Below, piece after piece: positions 12,979 through 25,715 of a DNA stretch of 64,000 nucleotides. The DNA comes from Squalus acanthias (lineage: Eukaryota). The notes under the pieces are model-generated. The model was not told the origin of the DNA, searched no databases, and worked only from the letters and a program-made list of their open reading frames with translations. How positions within the stretch are numbered: the first letter of the stretch is position 1; each line of letters starts with the position of its first letter. Made by a program: the position numbers and the translations under genes. The stretch spans positions 34,908,001 through 34,972,000 of the forward strand of contig CM059432.1 of the NCBI GenBank assembly GCA_030390025.1, given 5' to 3'.

Positions 12979-13412
12979 TGGTGGCATAGTGGTTAGCACT
13001 GGTGCTGCACAGCGCCAGGGACCCGGGTTCGAATCTGACCTCGGGTGACTGTCTGTATGGAGTTTGCACATTCTCCCCGTGTCTGCGTGGGTTTCCTCCG
13101 GGTGCTCTGGTTTCCTCCCACAGTCCAAAAATGTGCGGGTTAGGTTGATTTGGCTATGATAAATTGACCCTTAGTGTTAGGGGGGGATTAAATATGTGGG
13201 GTTATGGGGATAGGATGGGATATGTTAGGGGGGAATTAAATATGTGGGGTTACGGGGAGAGGGTGGGATAGGTGCAGGCTCGATGTGGGGATTCTGTGTG
13301 AGAAAGCAGGGACAGGGTACTGGATTTGGGTGATCAGCCATGATCGTATTGAATGGTGGAGCAGGCTCGATGGGCCGAATGGCCTACTCCTGCTCCTAGT
13401 TTCTATGTTTCT
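12979..13412 (+). mobile_element. tRNA-derived V-SINE (HE1-like)
   Basis: A box GGCATAGTGG, B box GGTTCGAATC, V domain gagtttgcacattctccccgtgtctgcgtgggtttcctccggg, CR1-like tail. Confidence 0.88.
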
Positions 13413-13446
13413 ATCTCTTTGCTCCTCTACCCCATTTAGACTCTTA

Positions 13447-15165
13447 GGCTGCGATTTTCCCTACCTCGGCGGGTCCGTGGTGGGCGACGTCGGTGGCGGG
13501 TCCCAGCCTCGCTGCTGCCTCCGACATGACTTTCCGATGATTGGGCTTGTGAAGCCTGCCTAGCGAGTTTCCCAGCCAAATGAAGGAAGCGGGTCTGATG
13601 ACGTCATTTGATGACGTGTTATCAGCCAGTTTCCTTAAAGGGACCATGTGTAAATTTACTTTCACAGTGTTCTACAGCATTGAGGTACTGACAAGCACAG
13701 TGCACGGCTGCACACAGCCTCTCCCATGACTCCCTCCATATGCTTATGGAGGGAGTCACAGCACGCAGGGAGGTTCTCTTTCCTTCCAATGGGCAGAAGA
13801 AACTCGCTGGGGGGGCTTAAAGCAGCCTGGTTGCACATTGCACAGGAGAGCACAAGCAGGGATGTTGTCAGGAGGACCAGGCTGCAGTGGCGCAAACGTT
13901 TCAATGATCTCAGTAGATCACGAAACGTTACTGCAAAGCCACACTCAACCTCACCCTGCTGTGCCTCTCATCACATCCCCATCACTCTGCCTTCCCTACC
14001 CTACTCCTGCACACCAACTTACTTTGCACCTCCACCCATCCCTCTCTATCTACATTATCACTTCCCTATCTCACTAGCCACCCCTCACACTCACCCTCAT
14101 CCTAGTGCAATCATACCAACTAACAACACACAAGGGTAGTCACTTGGGTGTTTTATCCAATGTTCATGTAAAGTTTCTGTTACTGTGCTGTCAAACATTG
14201 AAATCTTTATTTTCAACACTTTGCGTTCTTGGACAGATTTGTGTGCGCCTTTGGAAGTGGATTAGTGAGCTGCAGTGAATGGTGAGACATAACGGTACCC
14301 CCGCAATGGTGATGAGTGTGAAAGGAATGGCTTGGGCATTGTAGCGTGCTTTATGGTGTTGGTGTGGGGTGGTGCCAACCTGGCGCATCATGTGGCAGCC
14401 AGGGTGTGCAGCGTCAAGTGAAGGAAATGTGGCCATGGTGAGGCCATCCCTGGCGTCCCGGGCAACAATGTGGTCGGGTGCTGATGCCCTCTGTCCTGTG
14501 CAGCATCAGGTGATTGTGGAGAAGGTTGGTGTGGTTTTTGGTGCTGCTGGTGTGCCTGGTTTATGCTGGTGTTGAGGCTGATCGTGGTGGGATTCTGAGG
14601 ACCAAGGTGAGAGAGTATAAAGTGCAGCCATGCTGATGGAATAGATGGCAGGTGAAGTAGAGAAAATCAGAAGCGATCTGTCAATGGTGGGAGAGGTAAT
14701 GAGGTCAGACTGGATGGAGACTTGTGTAAAGATTGCAGCATTCTGAATCTGTAGTAGAAATGCAGTTTAGAGAAGCTAGTGGCTAAGGGAACATTTCTCA
14801 ATCAGCTGGGCGCTTTGACTTGACATTTGAAGCTGTCAATTCATCAGCTGATTCAATGGCCACTGACCTCCCGCCTCAGCTTCACTGACGAGGTCTAGGC
14901 ACAGTGGGAAACCGATGGGTGACCTGTCAAATCCAAAAAGCTGAGAAAAAACATTGTTAAGTGGCTGTGAACAAGCCACTAATGATTTGAATTCGAGGTC
15001 CCCCGCAGCTGCCTGTCAGGTCTGCTCAGCGCTGGCGGACCCGACGTCGGGAAATGCAGGTGTCCGCGTTTTGACAGTGGGTTCCCGACCCGCTGTCAAT
15101 CATTTTAAATTTCACAGCTGACCCGCCACCAATCGGGTCTGCTGAGCGCCGGCAAAATCGCGGCC
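13447..15165. mobile_element. Internally deleted Harbinger derivative
   Basis: GGCTGCGATTTT...AAAATCGCGGCC with TSD TTA; retains a Myb exon-1 remnant (AAWLHIAQE..LQWRKRFNDLSR, ~13700-13925). Confidence 0.9.
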
Positions 15166-15702
15166 TTACTTTCCGAGGAGTATATGGCCTCCTTATTCTT
15201 CCTACCAAAATGCACCACCTCACACTTGAAATTAATTTGCCAATTTTGGGGGGTGTTGGTTGAGGGAGGAATGTTGGTCAGGACACAGGAACCTTCTGCA
15301 GGGAGGAAGAAACAAATCAGAGAGCAATTAATCTAGGACGGCTATAAATGGCCCACTCCAGAGACACATTGGTAGAAATTTGATAGCACATCACCTGCCC
15401 CTCCCATGAGCTTAAATAATGGAGGTTGGAGCTCAGGTGCTCTGAGGGGTAGCAGGAAATAAAAGATGCAATATAACCCATTAAAAATGGGGCTTAAAAT
15501 ATTTTACCAACTATGAAGGCTTCTGCCAAGGACTTCAGTGGGAAGGTTTTTTTGTTCAATCGATCAGGTTCCATCATGGCTGTGCAATGCTTTCCGTCCG
15601 ATCTTCCTTTCTGAGGTGATTATTTAGCACCCAAATGCAAAAGGAGGAGAATTCACTCCGAGAAGTAGAACAAGACTTTGATAACTCCTGCTCTGCTGTA
15701 AC

Positions 15703-17775
15703 GAAAGAAAGAAAGAAGAAAGACTTGCATTTATGTAGCACCTTTCACGGCCTCAGGAAGCCCTAAAGCGCTTTACAGCCAATGAAGTACTTTTGAAGTG
15801 TAGTCACTGTTGTAATGTAGGAAACGTGGCAGCCAATTCGCACACAGCAAGATCCCACAAATAGCAATGTGATAATGACCAGATAATCTGTTTTAGTGAC
15901 GTTGGTTGAGGGGTAAGTATTAGAGAACTCCCCTGCTCTTCTTCTAAATAATGCCATGGGATCTTTTATGTCCACCTGAGAGGGAAGATGGGGCCTCGGT
16001 TTAATGTCTCATCCAAAAGACAGCACCTTCAACAGTGCAGCTCTCCCTCAGTACTGCACTGGAGTGTCAGCAGTCCCTCAGTACTGCACTGGAGTGGAGC
16101 TCTCCCTCAGTACTGCACTGGAGTGGAGCTCTCCCTCAGTACTGCACTGGAGTGCAGCTCTCCCTCAGTACTGTACTGGAGTGGAGCTCTCCCTCAGTAC
16201 TGCACTGGAGTGTCAGCAGTCCCTCAGTACTGCACTGGAGTGCAGCACTCCCTCAGTACTGTACTGGAGTGGAGCACTCCCTCAGTACTGCACTGGAGTG
16301 GAGCTCTCCTTCAGTACTGCACTAGAGTGCAGCTCTCCCTCAATACTGCACTGGAGTGGAGCTCTCCTTCAGTACTGCACTAGAGTGCAGCTCTCCCTCA
16401 GTACTGTACTGGAGTGCAGCTCTCCCTCAGTACTGTACTGGAGTGTCAGCACTCCCTCAGTACTGCACTGGAGTGCAGCTCTCCCTCAGTACTGCACTGG
16501 AGTGCAGCTCTCCCTCAGTACTGCACTGGAGTGTCAGCACTCCCTCAGTACTGCACTGGAGTGCAGCTCTCCCTCAGTACTGCACTGGAGTGCAGCTCTC
16601 CCTCAGTACTGCACTGGAGTGCAGCTCTCCCTCAGTACTGCACTGGAGTGCAGCTCTCCCTCAGTACTGTACTGGAGTGGAGCTCTCCCTCAGTACTGCA
16701 CTGGAGCGGAGCTCTCCTTCAGTACTGTACTGGAATGTCAGCACTCCCTCAGTACTGTACTGGAATGTCAGCACTCCCTCTGTACTGGAGTGTCAGCACT
16801 CCCTCAGTACTGTACTGGAGTGGAGCTCTCCCTCAGTACTGCACTGGAGTGCAGCTCTCCCTCAGTACTGTACTGGAGTGCAGCTCTCCCTCAGTACTGC
16901 ACTGGAGTGCAGCTCTCCTTCAGTACTGCACTGGAGTGGAGTTCTCCCTCAGTACTGCACTGGAGTGCAGCACTCCCTCAGTACTGCACTGGATTGTCAG
17001 CAGTCCCTCAGTACTGCACTGGAGTGCAGCTCTCCCTCAGTACTGCACTGGAGTGTCAGCTCTCCCTCAGTACTGCACTGGATTGTCAGCAGTCCCTCAG
17101 TACTGCACTGGAGTGTCAACTCTCCCTCAGTACTGCACTGGAGTGCAGCTCTCCCTCAGTACTGCACTGGAGTGTCAGCACTCCTTCAGTACTGCACTGG
17201 ATTGTCAGCAGTCCCTCAGTACTGCACTGGAGTGTCAGCAGTCCCTCAGTACTGCACTGGAGTGCAGCTCTCCCTCAGTACTGCACTGGAGTGCCGCTCT
17301 CCCTCAGTACTGCACTGGAGTGCAGCACTCCCTCAGTACTGCACTGGGGTGCAGCACTCCTTCAGTACTGCACTGAAGTGGAGCTCTCCCTCAGTACTGC
17401 ACTGGAGTGCAGCTCTCCCTCAGTACTGCACTGGAGTGGAGCTCTCCCTCAGTACTGCACTGGAGTGCAGCTCTCCCTCAGTACTGCACTGGAGTGCAGC
17501 TCTCCCTCAGTACTGCACTGGAGTGCAGCTCTCCCTCAGTACTGCACTGGAGTGCAGCTCTCCCTCAGTACTGCACTGGAGTGTCAACTCTCCCTCAGTA
17601 TTGCACTGGAGTGCAGCTCTCCCTCAGTACTGCACTGGAGTGTCAACTCTCCCTCAGTACTGCACTGGAGTGCAGCTCTCCCTCAGTACTGCACTGGGGT
17701 GCCAGCCTAGATTTTGTGCTCTGGAGTGGGGCTTGAACCCATGACCTTCTGACTCAGAGGCCAGACTACTACCAC
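15703..17775 (-). mobile_element. Deu-domain SINE (SacSINE1-like) with internal tandem expansion
   Basis: (GAAA)n tail, Deu-like core (gccatgggatcttttatgtccacctgag...cctcggtttaatgtctcatcc) and tRNA-like head at 17705-17775. Confidence 0.8.
16036..17700. repeat. 29/30-bp minisatellite, ~57 units
   Basis: Unit gcagctctccctcagtactgcactggagt with variants; the same word occurs once in other SINE copies, e.g. at ~27004. Confidence 0.97.
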
Positions 17776-17834
17776 TCGAGGATCACCAAGTTGCTTAGTC
17801 CTGAATGTCATGCGATCTTTCTGTTTCTTTCCAG

Positions 17835-17984
17835 TAATCGTACTGTGCTGCATCTTCAAGTGCCGAATACCCAGGACAAAGAAGGAGATCGAAGCACGTT
17901 ATGCCCAGCGTCAGGCCGCAAAGAAGTATGCCAACACCTTGGATAATGTCCCTCCTCTGAATGAGCTGACTGAGATGCCAGGAG
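17835..17984 (+). CDS. tmie: TMIE internal coding exon (equivalent to mammalian exon 3)
   Basis: Encodes [49 protein letters not shown], closely matching mammalian TMIE as I recall it ([47 protein letters not shown]). Polypyrimidine-AG acceptor (tttctttccag, ends 17834), GTGAGC donor at 17985, 150 bp, phase 1/1. Confidence 0.95.
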
Positions 17985-19769
17985 GTGAGCGATGGGTTTC
18001 CTAATTATCCACAAGCTCTCTTAAAAATAAGTCTCTATGAAGAAACCCTTCTATGTCCCATGATATTGAGGTTTCATAAGGATAAGTATTGACAGAGGCA
18101 ATCAAATGATGTGTGGAACATTATGGTTCTTTGAGTGCTGGGGCCTTGGAACTGCCATGCCCAAGGATACCAGTTGGTGAAGGGTGTCCAGTTGTAAAGT
18201 AAGTTTCGGTGTGGCACTCTGGAGTTTTTTTTAATTAATTTTTTTGGCATAAGAAACAAAATATGGAGAAACTTTCCTCAACATATGAAATATGCAGTCC
18301 ATGATGGAATGGATTAAAATGGATTTCAGTGGTGCAGTTTGAGGAGGAATGGGCTTGATGAGCCAAATGGACTTGTCCCATTCTTTCCAATTTCAGGTCC
18401 TACTTATGTGTTAGGAGACAGCAGCTTGAATATTGTGAGCCACTTAAGTATATAAGAAAGCCTGGAACGAGAAAAGGACATTCTACTCACTCCATCAGAG
18501 GCCTTAGTGTGTTTATTCTATCGTGGCTTTCCTTCCCTTTCCTTCCTACTCCCTACTTTAGGGAGCACCAAGTTCCTTCCCAAAACTCCCTTGAAATAAA
18601 ATCTAGCAGTACTGTTAATAGCTCCATTGTTGAGGCTGCCGCGAAACACGAATTAAGACCGAGTCCATGTGTGGGACATAAAACTTTTTAATACAACTGC
18701 CTGGTCAAAATGGCTGAAAACCACTGCTCACAGAATTATCTGGAAAAACCCTGAGGCCCCGCCCACTCCTTTTCTCCTGCCTTAAAGGCAAGGTGCCTTA
18801 AAGGCAAGGTGCCCGATATATTGTCCACGGACGGAAAAGTGGATTGTGCCCGTTTAGGTGGCGATCCGCCACACCATAACAGATTCCAATCCAGCTGCTT
18901 TTAAAGGTATCACTTGAACACAAATCAACTCCCTCGCTGGTATAAAAAATTAAACTGCAGGAAATACCCACAGGTCTATCAGCATCAGTACAAAGATCAG
19001 AAGTTGTGCAGTGCACAGTGTTTAGCTCCATGTGAAATTGCTCAGATAAAGTAGCAGCCCATGCCTGCATGCAGCAAGACCTAGCCGTGACCCCAGCAGT
19101 TATGCTGCCCCACCCCCTGCCAGTGGGGTCAGCAGGAAGGCACCTCATTAAAGAGGGGCAAGTAGACACAAGCAACACTTCAGGCACATCTCTGATGCCA
19201 CCTTCCCCCATGGGGAGCAATGAGTCAACTAACACTCCCGAGGCCCCATAAGAAGAGGAGTAGGCCATACAGCCCCTTGAGCCTGTTCCACCATTCTATT
19301 AGATCATGGCTGATCTGTTGCTCATTCAGCTTCTCTCGGTGCGGTTTCAGTGCTGTAGAATCTCACTGATGACTCATATATTCAAACGTGGAGATTAGCC
19401 TGTCATATGCTAAAAATTAAATCAGAAGATTTCATTAAACTGATTCGATTTCATTACTTCATAACCTGATTAGGGGTGACTGCCTGCATGTCATTCCCTT
19501 ATTCTGATTTATGTACTTCGCAATTAGATCAGTGTCACATCAGTGTTTATCTTTCTCCTCTGTGCTGTTGTAGCTAATTGAAATGTTTCTGGTTGAGGTG
19601 CCCTGGGGTTGAGATTCCAGTTGAATCTCTGAGGTTTCAAGCAGTTCATTTGCGGTTATCAGCTGAATCAGTAGTTGAAGCAACTGGAATTGATGTCCTG
19701 GGCTAGGGATGAAGAGGTTTAAAAAAACACAGCCAGCGTTCCTGCTCCTGGTTACTTGGCTGCTGGAAA

Positions 19770-19963
19770 GTGTGTGTGTGTGTGCACACGCGTGTGCTTC
19801 AGCACGCATGTGACTGTGGTCACACGCATGTGCTTCTGCGCACATGAGTGTGCGCACATGTGCACATGCATGTGTGTGTGCATCTGTGTGCGGGCATGTG
19901 TGCCCTCGCATGTATGCATGTGTATGCGCCCATATGTTCATGTGTGCATGTGCGCATGTGTGT
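19770..19963. repeat. Degenerate alternating purine-pyrimidine (TG/CA) microsatellite
   Basis: tgtgtgtg...cacacgcgtgtg...tgtgcatg tract. Confidence 0.85.
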
Positions 19964-20824
19964 GAGGGTCTGGAAAGGACACGATCTGGCCCGGTTATGA
20001 TGCCCCCCACAGTTAAATAGCCAGGTAGGTGAGGTAATGGAGGGCTAACAGTCCCTGTGGATCTGTACTTCAGCTTCAGAGGGTAAGAAGTAAAAAGGAG
20101 AGAAATATTGGAGAAAAATATATCACGAGAAACAAAAGTGTATTGTTTTGCTTTCCTTGTCCTGATCTGCTCTTTCTTTTCTCTCCCTCTCTCTCTCTTT
20201 TTCCTGAATCCTAGACTCCTCTGACACTATCCCGCTGCAAACTGTCTCAGGTCAGCTCCAGCACAGATCTGTCCACTCTCTACCTGTCCTTCAGGAGGAA
20301 GATGAAATGGCACCTCTCTGAATTCAAGACCACAACTTGCTGGGCCAACTCCTGTCCTTCCATTTTAATCCCTCCACCAACGGGGATCTGTAACAAAAAT
20401 CACCGTCTCTCCTACCTTTCTGTCTCCTGGTTCTCCAGCTTTATGCAAAGGGCTTTCGTTGGATTTATTTTTTAAGTGAAATGTATTTGTCAAAGGTTTT
20501 GACGATTGCATGCTGTTAGCACCTGATTTGTAACAAAGTTTTAGCAAGAATGCTACATTCAGTCCTCAGTTCCTGAGCTGAGGTGGGAAGTTCAGGGCTG
20601 GTGTGAAGAGGCAGTAATCCAGCCTCTCAGTCAGCCCATTTGTTGAGTACAGCTTGTTTTTAAAGGTGCTGTAACAGGTATGCTATTTATCGCTAATGCA
20701 ATGTGAACACAATACATCACCATTCCCTGTACCTCAAGGAACCTGCTATTTATTGCACCAAGTGACCTTTCCATTCAATAGTGGGATTCACTACAGGAGC
20801 TGAGCGAACGTGAATAAATAAATA

Positions 20825-21059
20825 AAAACAGAAAATGCTGGAAATACTCAGCAGGTCAGGCAGCATCTGTGGGGAGAGAAACAGAGTTAACGTTTCAGGT
20901 CGATGACCTTTCGTCTACGTTCTGATGGAAGGTCATCGACCTGAAACGTTAACGCTGTTTCTCTCCCGACAGATGCTGCCTGACCTGCTGAGTATTTCCA
21001 GCATTTTCTGTTTGTATTTCAGATTTCCAGCATTAGCAGTATTTTGCTTTTGTATTAGC
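20825..21059. mobile_element. Penelope-derived fold-back mini-element
   Basis: ~90-bp inverted arms matching the 3' end of the 8945-9734 Penelope; 13-bp TSD GAATAAATAAATA. Confidence 0.85.
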
Positions 21060-21650
21060 GAATAAATAAATAGCTGGCATGGTGTATTACTGAGCCACAG
21101 GCAGCAGTTACTTTGACTATATGTGATCACTGACATACTTACACTGGGGCTTTATTATCCATTATATTGTCCCATCATCCTTTGTTTACACTCAGCAATT
21201 TTTGGCCTACAAACTAAATATCCCAGGTGATGTGGTCATTTTGAATGATCTGTTGTGACCCTGCAGAGGTCATCCTGTTCATTGTCCATTTTCTGGTCAG
21301 TAGCTGGGTCTGATCTCTAATACTCTTTATTCTGGTTCGGCTTCATTGATGCTTTATATTGAAGAGAAATATTTCACTGACGTGAATGGTGCTACGATGT
21401 TCTGATTGTTTAATCTAACTCTTTTTCTCTCTATCATATATTTCCTTATTTTCTCATTCTGTCCTTTGGTGGGTATCTCTCACTCATTCTCTCATTCTCT
21501 GTCGTCATCTCTCACACGCATCTTCACCCATTTTCTTTTTAGTCTATTTTGCTGAGATGCTTCTCTCTCCTCCTGTTACTGCTCATTCTCTCAGTCTGTC
21601 TTTCTGTGGCTTTTTCTGTGTGTCTTGGTCTCTCACGCACATTCTCGTTG

Positions 21651-22191
21651 GGGCTGAAAATCTGCGGGTTGTGATCCCAGCAGTTACAGACGGATTATAC
21701 CCCCTCCCAATGCCCTCCAGTGCTGATCCCACAGGAGTTTGCGGGCGAAGCAGGTTGGGACCTAATTACTTTGGGTCAGGCCGACACAAGCACCTGGGGG
21801 GAGGGGAGTTGGGGGTTGTCCAAACCCCTCCCTGTACTCCTGCCACGCAAGGGAGCCAATCTACAAAATTTTACCCAAAAAAAGTCTTTACATGGCTTAA
21901 AGCCCAGTTGTGGGGCCCAAATCCATCTTTGTGGAGACGGGTACACCTCCACTCACTCAACGCACCAGCCCTCACTAATACACCAAGCCCCACTGAAGCC
22001 GAAGGAGCAGCAACCCAGTGTAGGGACCCCCACACTTGGCTCTGGTCCCCCTTGGCCATCACTTGCCTTATCAAGAGTAACCAAAGGTTTTGCTTCTTAA
22101 AAGACAACCAGGAAACTCCCAGAAACAACGGAGCCTTGGCACAACCAGCGTAATGGTGGGATACAGGAGGAATCCCACAGGAATTTCAGGG
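21651..22191. mobile_element. Probable MITE
   Basis: Imperfect TIRs gggctgaaaatctgcggg / cccacaggaatttcagggc; no clean TSD. Confidence 0.45.
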
Positions 22192-22289
22192 CATTTACCT
22201 TTATCTGTTTCTGCGGGTCTCTCTCTCTCTTTTACATGCATCCCCACACATACTCTTTCTCTCCGTCTTTTTGTGAGTATCTATGACCG

Positions 22290-24103
22290 GGTTGGGGCGG
22301 GGGGAGCTCCGAGGTGGGCGGGAAACCCCGGGAGGCCGGGTTTCCCGCAGTCCCTGCTGACTTTAACGGCAGGGCCTGATTTGAATGTGAGGCCTCGGAT
22401 TCCCGCCCGCAGCCAGCCAGATTGAGAGGCTGGCTGGCTGCGGACGGGTAGGCCTCAGGAGCAAGGGGTCGATGCGGGGACAGGATCGCGGGAGGTGGAT
22501 CAGCAATCGGCAGGGGTCGGGGATCGGGGAGGGGGGGAGAGAGCATCGGCAGGGGTCGGAGATCGGGAGGGGGAGAGCATCGGCAGGGGTCGGGGATCGG
22601 GAGGGGGGAGAGCATCGGCAGGGGTCGGGATCGGGAGGGGAGAGAGCATCGGCAGGGGTCGGGGATCAGGAGGGGGGAGAGAGCATCGGCAGGGGTCGGG
22701 GATCCAGGGGGGGGGGCGGGGAGAGAGCATCGGCAGGGGTCGGGGATCGGGAGGAGGGAGAGAGCATCGGCAGGGGTCGGGGATCCGGGGGCGGGGGGAG
22801 AGAGCATCGGCAGGGGTCGGGGATCGGGAGGAGGGTGAGAGCATCGGCAGGGGTCGGGGATCGGTGGGGGGGAGAGAGCATCGTCAGGGGTCGGGGATCA
22901 GGAGGGGGTAGGGAGCATCGGCAGGGGTCGGGGATCAGGAGGGGGGAGGGAGCATCGGCAGGGGTCGGGGATCAGGAGGGGGTAGGGAGCATCGGCAGGG
23001 GTCGGGGATCAGGAGGGGGTAGGGAGCATCGGCAGGGGTCGGGGATCAGGAGGAGGGTGAGAGCATCGGCAGGGGTCGGGGATCAGGAGGAGGGTGAGAG
23101 CATCGGCAGGGGTCGGGGATCAGGATGGGGAGAGAGAGCATCGGCAGGGGTCGGGGATCAGGAGGAGGGTGAGAGCATCGGCAGGGGTCGGGGATCAGGA
23201 GGAGGGTGAGAGCATCGGTAGGGGTCGGGGATCAGGAGGGGGTAGGGAGCATCGGCAGGGGTCGGGGATCAGGAGGAGGGTGAGAGCATCGGCAGGGGTC
23301 GGGGATCAGGAGGGGGTAGGGAGCATCGGCAGGGGTCGGGGATCGGTGGGGGGAGGGAGCATCGGCAGGGGTCGGGGATCGGTGGGGGGGAGAGAGCATC
23401 GGCAGGGGTCGGGGATCAGGAGGGGGTAGGGAGCATCGGCAGGGGTCGGGGATCGGTGAGGGGAGGGAGCATCGGCAGGGGTCGGGGATCAGGAGGGGGG
23501 AGGGAGCATCGGCAGGGGTCGGGGATCGGAAGGGGGGAGAGAGCATCGGCAGGGGTCGGGGATCGGGGGGGGGAGAGAGGATCGGCAGGGGTCGGGGATC
23601 GGGAGGGGGGAGAGCATCGGCAGGGGTCAGGGAGCGGGAAGGGGAGGGTCGGCTGGGGATCGGGGTGGGGAGAGAGAGGATCGGGGCCGGCCCCATCATC
23701 ATCGTTGGTGGGGGGATGCCTGGGGGTGGGGGGTTTCCTGGGGGGTGATCGGAGGCCTCATGAGGGGGTCTCCAATTGTGGGGGGTGGGTATGGTTGGGA
23801 CCCTGGATCCAGGAGGTAGGTATAAAGCCGCTTACCTCCTGGATGCAGCAGTCCCCGCCTCTGTTTAACTGCTGGGTTTCAAGAATTGTGTGAAACTCGT
23901 CCACAGGCTGTTAAACACAAAATGGAGGGGAAAAAAGAGGCTGCCAGCCTCATTAAAATATTTAAATTGAGGTAACGCCCCCGGGAGCGGCAAAACCGGA
24001 AGTGAGCGGGTTGGAGGCGGCATCAGGTCGAGGATCCCATTTTTAACACTTTAACTGCCCCCACGCTCCACACCCACCCATTTTTTAGGAGAAAATTCCG
24101 GCC
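22290..24103. mobile_element. Harbinger-type non-autonomous element containing a G-rich minisatellite
   Basis: Right TIR-like AAAATTCCGGCC ending 24103. Shares blocks (cttacctc..atgcagcagtccc, cagcctcattaaaatatttaa) with 35270-35400. Left TIR not identified. Confidence 0.6.
22500..23660. repeat. G-rich ~33-bp minisatellite
   Basis: Unit gagcatcggcaggggtcggggatc(a/g)ggagggggga, ~35 copies. Confidence 0.95.
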
Positions 24104-24504
24104 TGTGTCTCTGTCACACACACAATCACACTATTACATTTTTACCCTCTATCTGTTTATTTCATTTTAGCACTGCCACACCATCTTATTCTCTCAGTTT
24201 CATCCCTTTTTATTATTCTCACTTTCCCTCATTCCCTTAATATCTTTGGTTCTCCGAAGGAGGAACACACTTCCCTTGTATCCTTCTTGTAATTACTGAA
24301 TGAATTATGGGTTTGATCCAATGCCCTACCACTGGGTGGCCCTCCAGTACATTGTACCACCGCAGCATCCTCACTCCCCGCCCCTTCTCATACCTGCTTC
24401 TCCCTCTTCCTATACAAGCATATATTTAGTCATTGCTGGATTTATTTGCACTCCCTCTATTGATCTATACTTTCTTTTTCATCTCGCTGTTTCCTCTCTT
24501 CCTT

Positions 24505-24940
24505 ACGGCAACACGGTGGCATAGTGGTTAGCACTGGTGCCTCACAGCGCCAGAGACCCGGGTTCGAATCTGACCTCGGGTGACTGTCTGTGTGGAGTTT
24601 GCACATTCTCCCCGTGTCTGCGTGGGTTTCCTCCGGGTGCTCCGGTTTCCTCCCACAGTCCAAAAATGTGCGGGTTAGGTTGATTTGGCTATGATAAATT
24701 GACCCTTAGTGTTAGGGGGGATTAAATATGTGGGGTTATGGGGATAGGATGGGATATGTTAGGGGGAATTAAATACGTGGGGTTACGGGGGTAGGGTGGG
24801 ATATGTGTACTGTGGGGATTAAAGCAGGGACAGGGTACTGGATTTGGATGATCAGCCATGATCGTATTGAATGGCGGAGCAGGCTCGACGGGCCGAATGG
24901 CCTACTCCTGCTCCTAGATTCTATGTTTCTATGTTTCTAT
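24505..24940 (+). mobile_element. tRNA-derived V-SINE (HE1-like)
   Basis: Near-identical to 12979-13412; ends in a (ttctatgt)n tail. Confidence 0.9.
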
Positions 24941-25394
24941 GTTTACTCTTCTTTGCTCACCCTTTCTTGCTCTCTTTCTTTATCCTCCTTGTTTTCTCTT
25001 TCTCTCTTCCTTGCTCTCTCCTTCTCTCTCTACCTTGCTCTCTCCTTCTCTCTCTACCTTGCTCTCTCGTCCCCTTGCTCATTGAAAAGAATCTAGGTGA
25101 GTTACTTTAATTAAAAAATGCTCTCCATGAGCAATTATGGTGGACTAATCCCTGTGGTAAATTGTGTGTTTTTCTGTCTCTCTCTTGTGTTGTTGTTAAT
25201 CGTCACATCAGATTTTTAGATATCAGAAGAACTTCCTTTGCCCATTTTCTAAGGATCCGTTTTAAAAAAGTCACATGATCACAAGCACTGTTAATGAGGA
25301 GGTCATCAAACTTCCTTTTACAGGAAAAATCCACCTATCAGAATCTTTCTTTTAAAAAGGACCAATTTCTCTTCCTCTTCTGAAGATGTCAACT

Positions 25395-25715
25395 CATATC
25401 TTTAGAAAACATTTGAAAGCCAATGAATTGTCGTTGCAGTCACTGTTGTACTGTAGGCAAATGCAAAAGCCAATTTGTGCAGAGCAGAAGGTCCCACAAA
25501 CAGCACTGAGATAAATGACCAATAATCTGCTTTTCTTGGTGTTGATTAAGGGATGAATGTTGGTCACGACATCTCTCCTGCTATTCTTCAAGTCGTGCCA
25601 TGTGATCTTTTACAGCCAGTTGAACAGATGGCGCCTCAGTTTAATGCCTCACCTGACAACACAGCTTAGTACTGCTCTGAAATGTTAGCCTACATTTTGT
25701 GATAAGTCTCAGGGC
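25395..25715 (-). mobile_element. Deu-domain SINE, degenerate
   Basis: Homology to the other SINE copies (cagtcactgttgta..., gtgccatgtgatcttttac). Confidence 0.65.

Larger units (their letters stand above)
11705..15245 (-). mobile_element. CR1 LINE 3' fragment broken into pieces (11705-11870, 12717-12978, 13413-13446, 15166-15245)
   Basis: Pieces are collinear with the uninterrupted related copy at 46450-47178; LYKTLVRPYLE and NFFTQRVV motifs. Confidence 0.85.

Noticed and set aside
12979..13050. tRNA gene (also at ~24512 and 42890)
   Set aside because: A/B boxes run straight into SINE bodies; these are tRNA-derived SINE heads.
16036..17700. CRISPR-like array
   Set aside because: Head-to-tail repeats with no unique spacers, no cas genes, and eukaryotic context.
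15988..17744. Long ORFs (568, 462, 320 aa)
   Set aside because: By-products of a nearly stop-free 29/30-bp minisatellite open in all forward frames.
20825..21059. Ambisense viroid-like RNA with complete ribozymes on both strands
   Set aside because: The minus-strand arm lacks a full CTGANGA box in all three hairpins; at most one polarity has a usable core.
22232..23893. Gly/Arg- and Pro-rich ORFs
   Set aside because: Translations of the G-rich minisatellite.
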